DNA from: Octopus bimaculoides
Taxonomy: Eukaryota
Reading direction: 5' to 3'
Length of the DNA stretch: 38,545 nt
NCBI RefSeq assembly: GCF_001194135.2
Contig: NC_068983.1
Span: 124,316,339-124,354,883, forward strand
Position 1 is the first letter of the stretch, and every line of letters begins with the position of its first letter. Positions 34,860-38,545 of the stretch are shown piece after piece. The position numbers and the translations under genes were made by a program. Below the pieces are notes generated by a model, which worked only from the letters and a program-made list of their open reading frames with translations, was not told the DNA's origin and ran no database searches.

Positions 34860-35620
34860 GACTGACCAGTTATTTGAATGAAGTTATGATATTGTGAAGA
34901 TGTATATTAGTCTCCCCTTTAACAACAATCCAGAGGTAGTAGTCCATGGGACTTAAATCTAACGAATTTCAAAGCCACAGATTTGGTGTTACATGATCGT
35001 AAACATTGCTCAACAACCATTCTTGGAGTACGGGAGCTTTGTGAGAGGTTACTTAGTCTTGTTGAAATATGTTTGGCCTTTTACTGTATATTTTATCCAT
35101 CCAGGGCTCAGCAACTGTCTGCAGTGCCTCAGCGTTTCCAGTACCATTAATTTTAAGATTCTGTGGAAAGACGTGAGATGGTATGTCATGACCTTCATAT
35201 CTCACAACTCCTAAAACAAACACAATTGCAGGAAACTTAGTGCGCATAGTGGCATCACACGACTGACCTGCACATAAGCATCAGTCATTTTTCCTGTTAG
35301 ATTTCCGGTCTTGGTCGAAGTTTTTCTCATCAGAGAAGGACCAAAATCTACCATGTCCGTGTAGGTTTTTAACTTTCTTAAGTAACGGTTTGGCACGAAT
35401 CAGACGGTTTTCCTGCTCTGAAGATATGAAGTAGCTTTTCAGTACATAAGACTGGTATCGAATGTCCTTGTGGACCACAAACCTAATACTCCACGCTCCA
35501 GCTTCTGAGGATATTTTGCGATGGTCCTTATTGATTTTCCGATCGATAATATTTTGAACCCATTGAATGAACTGCGGTGTCCTTGTAGTATCCGAGGGTT
35601 AAGAATGTTTTTCCTCTTTG
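34860..35620 (-). mobile_element. maT DD37D transposase remnant, near-complete catalytic domain
   Basis: RTPQFIQWVQNII...VVHKDIRYQSYVLK...FSDEKNFDQD...KFPAIVFVLGVV...NIFQQD*...LW..NSLDLSPMDYYLW. The second and third D codons (35056-58 and 34942-44) are separated by exactly 37 codons. Confidence 0.93.
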
Positions 35621-35639
35621 ATACAGTTGAAACATTCTT

Positions 35640-35690
35640 TGTTGTTTTTGCTGCTTTTGTTGTTGTTGTTGTTGTTGCTGTTGTTGAGGA
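35640..35690. repeat. (TTG)n trinucleotide tract
   Basis: Directly visible. Confidence 0.93.
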
Positions 35691-35879
35691 TGATAGCAGT
35701 GGTAATGATGATTATTAGGACGAGGTTGACAGTTTATTTGAAATGTAATTAATTTATGCCATCGTCTTGTAAGGTAATATATTGTCATTGGAATAACAGC
35801 TGTAGTTGGGTAAAAGAACATCTTTGAGGAGCACACACTTTTGCCGGAGTTTGCATTCTTCACATGCACACACACACAT

Positions 35880-36240
35880 CGCTGAAAAGTTTCACGTCCA
35901 CCCATCCTCGCATACAAATTAGATGTGAATCCATCCACGCGTATGATGGCTTGGAATTTCTTCTTGAGACTGTCTTTCATGACTTCGTAGATGACTCTTC
36001 ATGCCAGCTTTTGACTTCATCATTTTGCCTCACATGCTGCACTTCAAACCAACTTGCTGAAGATACTGCACCTGATCCATACCACATGTCCTCTGATGTA
36101 GTTCTTGAAAGCAGAAGAAGAAAGACGGATTCTTCCACATATTTCACGTTGACTACTTTCACCCGCAACCTTTGATGTTACTATTTGCTTCTTCTTCCGA
36201 ATTGCTATTTTGTATGATGCGTGCTGAATTTTTCCCATCT
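35880..36240 (-). mobile_element. Degenerate RTE LINE RT C-terminal remnant
   Basis: SSQREICGRIRLSSSAFK resembles the RTE xxEIxxRIxxAxxAF motif. WFEVQHVRQNDE resembles WFGHVxRM. Confidence 0.5.
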
Positions 36241-36475
36241 CAAATAATGCTACACTATTAAAGATTAATTTTCTCCATCTTGGTCTATCAGCAACACTTG
36301 TTCTACCTAGTTCTTAATATTAAGAGCACAATTTACCATAAAGCAGTTACTTTGGAATTCTGGCATTAGCCATTCGAACAAGCTGTCCACACTTCTTAAA
36401 CACTCAGAACGATGATGGTTTCAATACTAGTCACTCGAGCTTTCTCTAAAATTCTGGTGTCCGGGGTATGCATGG

Positions 36476-36554
36476 TCCTCTACTATAGCCTCGGATCGAC
36501 CAAAGCCTGGTGATTGGATTTGGTAGACGGAAACTGGAAGAAGCCCGTCGTATA
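36476..36554 (+). mobile_element. SINE family A body fragment running into a gap (36555-37229)
   Basis: tctactatagcctcggatcgaccaaagcc...ggatttggtagacggaaactggaagaagcccgtcgtata. Confidence 0.92.
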
Positions 36555-37229
36555 NNNNNNNNNNNNNNNNNNNNNNNNNNNNNNNNNNNNNNNNNNNNNN
36601 NNNNNNNNNNNNNNNNNNNNNNNNNNNNNNNNNNNNNNNNNNNNNNNNNNNNNNNNNNNNNNNNNNNNNNNNNNNNNNNNNNNNNNNNNNNNNNNNNNNN
36701 NNNNNNNNNNNNNNNNNNNNNNNNNNNNNNNNNNNNNNNNNNNNNNNNNNNNNNNNNNNNNNNNNNNNNNNNNNNNNNNNNNNNNNNNNNNNNNNNNNNN
36801 NNNNNNNNNNNNNNNNNNNNNNNNNNNNNNNNNNNNNNNNNNNNNNNNNNNNNNNNNNNNNNNNNNNNNNNNNNNNNNNNNNNNNNNNNNNNNNNNNNNN
36901 NNNNNNNNNNNNNNNNNNNNNNNNNNNNNNNNNNNNNNNNNNNNNNNNNNNNNNNNNNNNNNNNNNNNNNNNNNNNNNNNNNNNNNNNNNNNNNNNNNNN
37001 NNNNNNNNNNNNNNNNNNNNNNNNNNNNNNNNNNNNNNNNNNNNNNNNNNNNNNNNNNNNNNNNNNNNNNNNNNNNNNNNNNNNNNNNNNNNNNNNNNNN
37101 NNNNNNNNNNNNNNNNNNNNNNNNNNNNNNNNNNNNNNNNNNNNNNNNNNNNNNNNNNNNNNNNNNNNNNNNNNNNNNNNNNNNNNNNNNNNNNNNNNNN
37201 NNNNNNNNNNNNNNNNNNNNNNNNNNNNN

Positions 37230-37435
37230 ATGGCAGTCCCAAAATTAGGACGAAAGCTGCCGTGAATTAGCTCCAAGAAGCCATCGCCTCTAGCTAGCTA
37301 TGTGACACACGAAACCTGTGTCCTTTATAACCTTCGAACAGGGGAGGTCAGCAGTGTCCCCCTGCTGGTTTGGCATCTGCAGACTAGTTTCAGGGTGTTG
37401 CCCCTTGTCAATGCAGAGCAGCCATGTTGGCTTGG
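37230..37435. repeat. GC-richer structured segment, probable retroelement UTR or pLTR fragment
   Basis: Several hairpins and a hammerhead-like GTCC/GGAC-GAAA motif, bounded by a gap and a (TA)n tract. Family not recognised. Confidence 0.4.
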
Positions 37436-37473
<38 letters not shown>

Positions 37474-38545
37474 TTTAAGAGAAAAATAAATTGGGCTTCA
37501 GTTGAATCGAAAACTTCATATTTGTCCTACAGTTTCGATTTTTCTTTCCTAATTTCTTTCCTCCTCATTGCTTTCTCATTTCTCTTCATTGTTTTTGTTT
37601 TTGAATTCTATAATATTAATCTCTGATAAAAACATTTTCTCAGGACTTTGTATATTAACTCTCGTGTATAGGTACTGCTTCATAGCATCAGACTAAATGT
37701 GTTACACTACAGAAATCAAATCATTCCGACACGATGGGATCGATACTTGTTAGATAGTTATGGGAATGTTTTCAAACACTCGTTTTTTGTGCCTATTCAT
37801 AAGGAGTTAATACCCTTAAAGTAATGTAATGTAAATCTTACATTACAAAAAGTAAAGATTTCTTGACAGTGAAAAAATTCAAATGTATGATTTAGTTATG
37901 ATAGTAGAATAATCATGAATATTTATTGTAGAATATCAACGCTTCAGCAAAACCCGAATATTATATCGATCATTTCCACTTATAACAAAGTATTTTTGCT
38001 ACACTTGATCAGCTTGTAATTCGATTCAGAAACAATTCTAAATTTGGCGAGTTTTCTTATTTTGTTAGAAACCAATGTTTTCGTGAAAAACACACATAAA
38101 TAAAAAGCATCTTGTCTCAACACCTTTGATATGATAAAAATATCAATCGATGTGGATACACACTCGAGAGATAACTAAAATATAAACAAAATAGGAAATA
38201 ACTGACATAAGAGATATAATAATCAAACCATAAACAAACCTCTGATCTTTCAATTTACGGGTATGTATTATCTAAAAGTACAGTGAATAACAACATATAA
38301 ATATTCTACAACGGAATTTATAAATAATATTTCATCTCATGCTTATATGATTATTATAACTAGCATGTTATAATACATAAACATCTTCGCATTTCATAAT
38401 TATTGATCCCGTACGTTACCATAAAGCTGCATATTGCATTGATTCAGTACATATCTGGTTATAATTATTTTTTATGCATGTGTGGTTAAAGGCATATATG
38501 TGTGTGTATGTGAGTAAAATAAATTATATATATATATATATATAT

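Overview
AT-rich eukaryotic draft scaffold with ten N-gaps, most flanked by (CA)n, (TA)n or (GA)n microsatellites. The repeat families resemble those I recall from Octopus, so an octopod host is an inference. No recognisable host gene is present. The window is mostly transposon debris: about 20 copies or fragments of three SINE-like families, four DD37D (maT-type) Tc1/mariner fragments, a mariner MITE with intact ends, three RTE LINE remnants (one with a C4HC3 PHD finger inside the RT region and split into two collinear parts), two Penelope-like element (PLE) fragments, and an unclassified foldback element with about 90-bp TIRs. The most notable signals are: (i) a PLE 3' region joining a tRNA-like Pol III head to a decayed hammerhead ribozyme, with an inverted copy of that junction at the 5' truncation point; (ii) a hammerhead-like three-way junction abutting the last gap; (iii) a head-to-tail SINE trimer; (iv) an unexplained 124-codon Cys-rich candidate terminal exon on the minus strand. 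Nearly all ORFs in the supplied track are microsatellite, gap or repeat artefacts. Most repeat boundaries are approximate and were set by eye.
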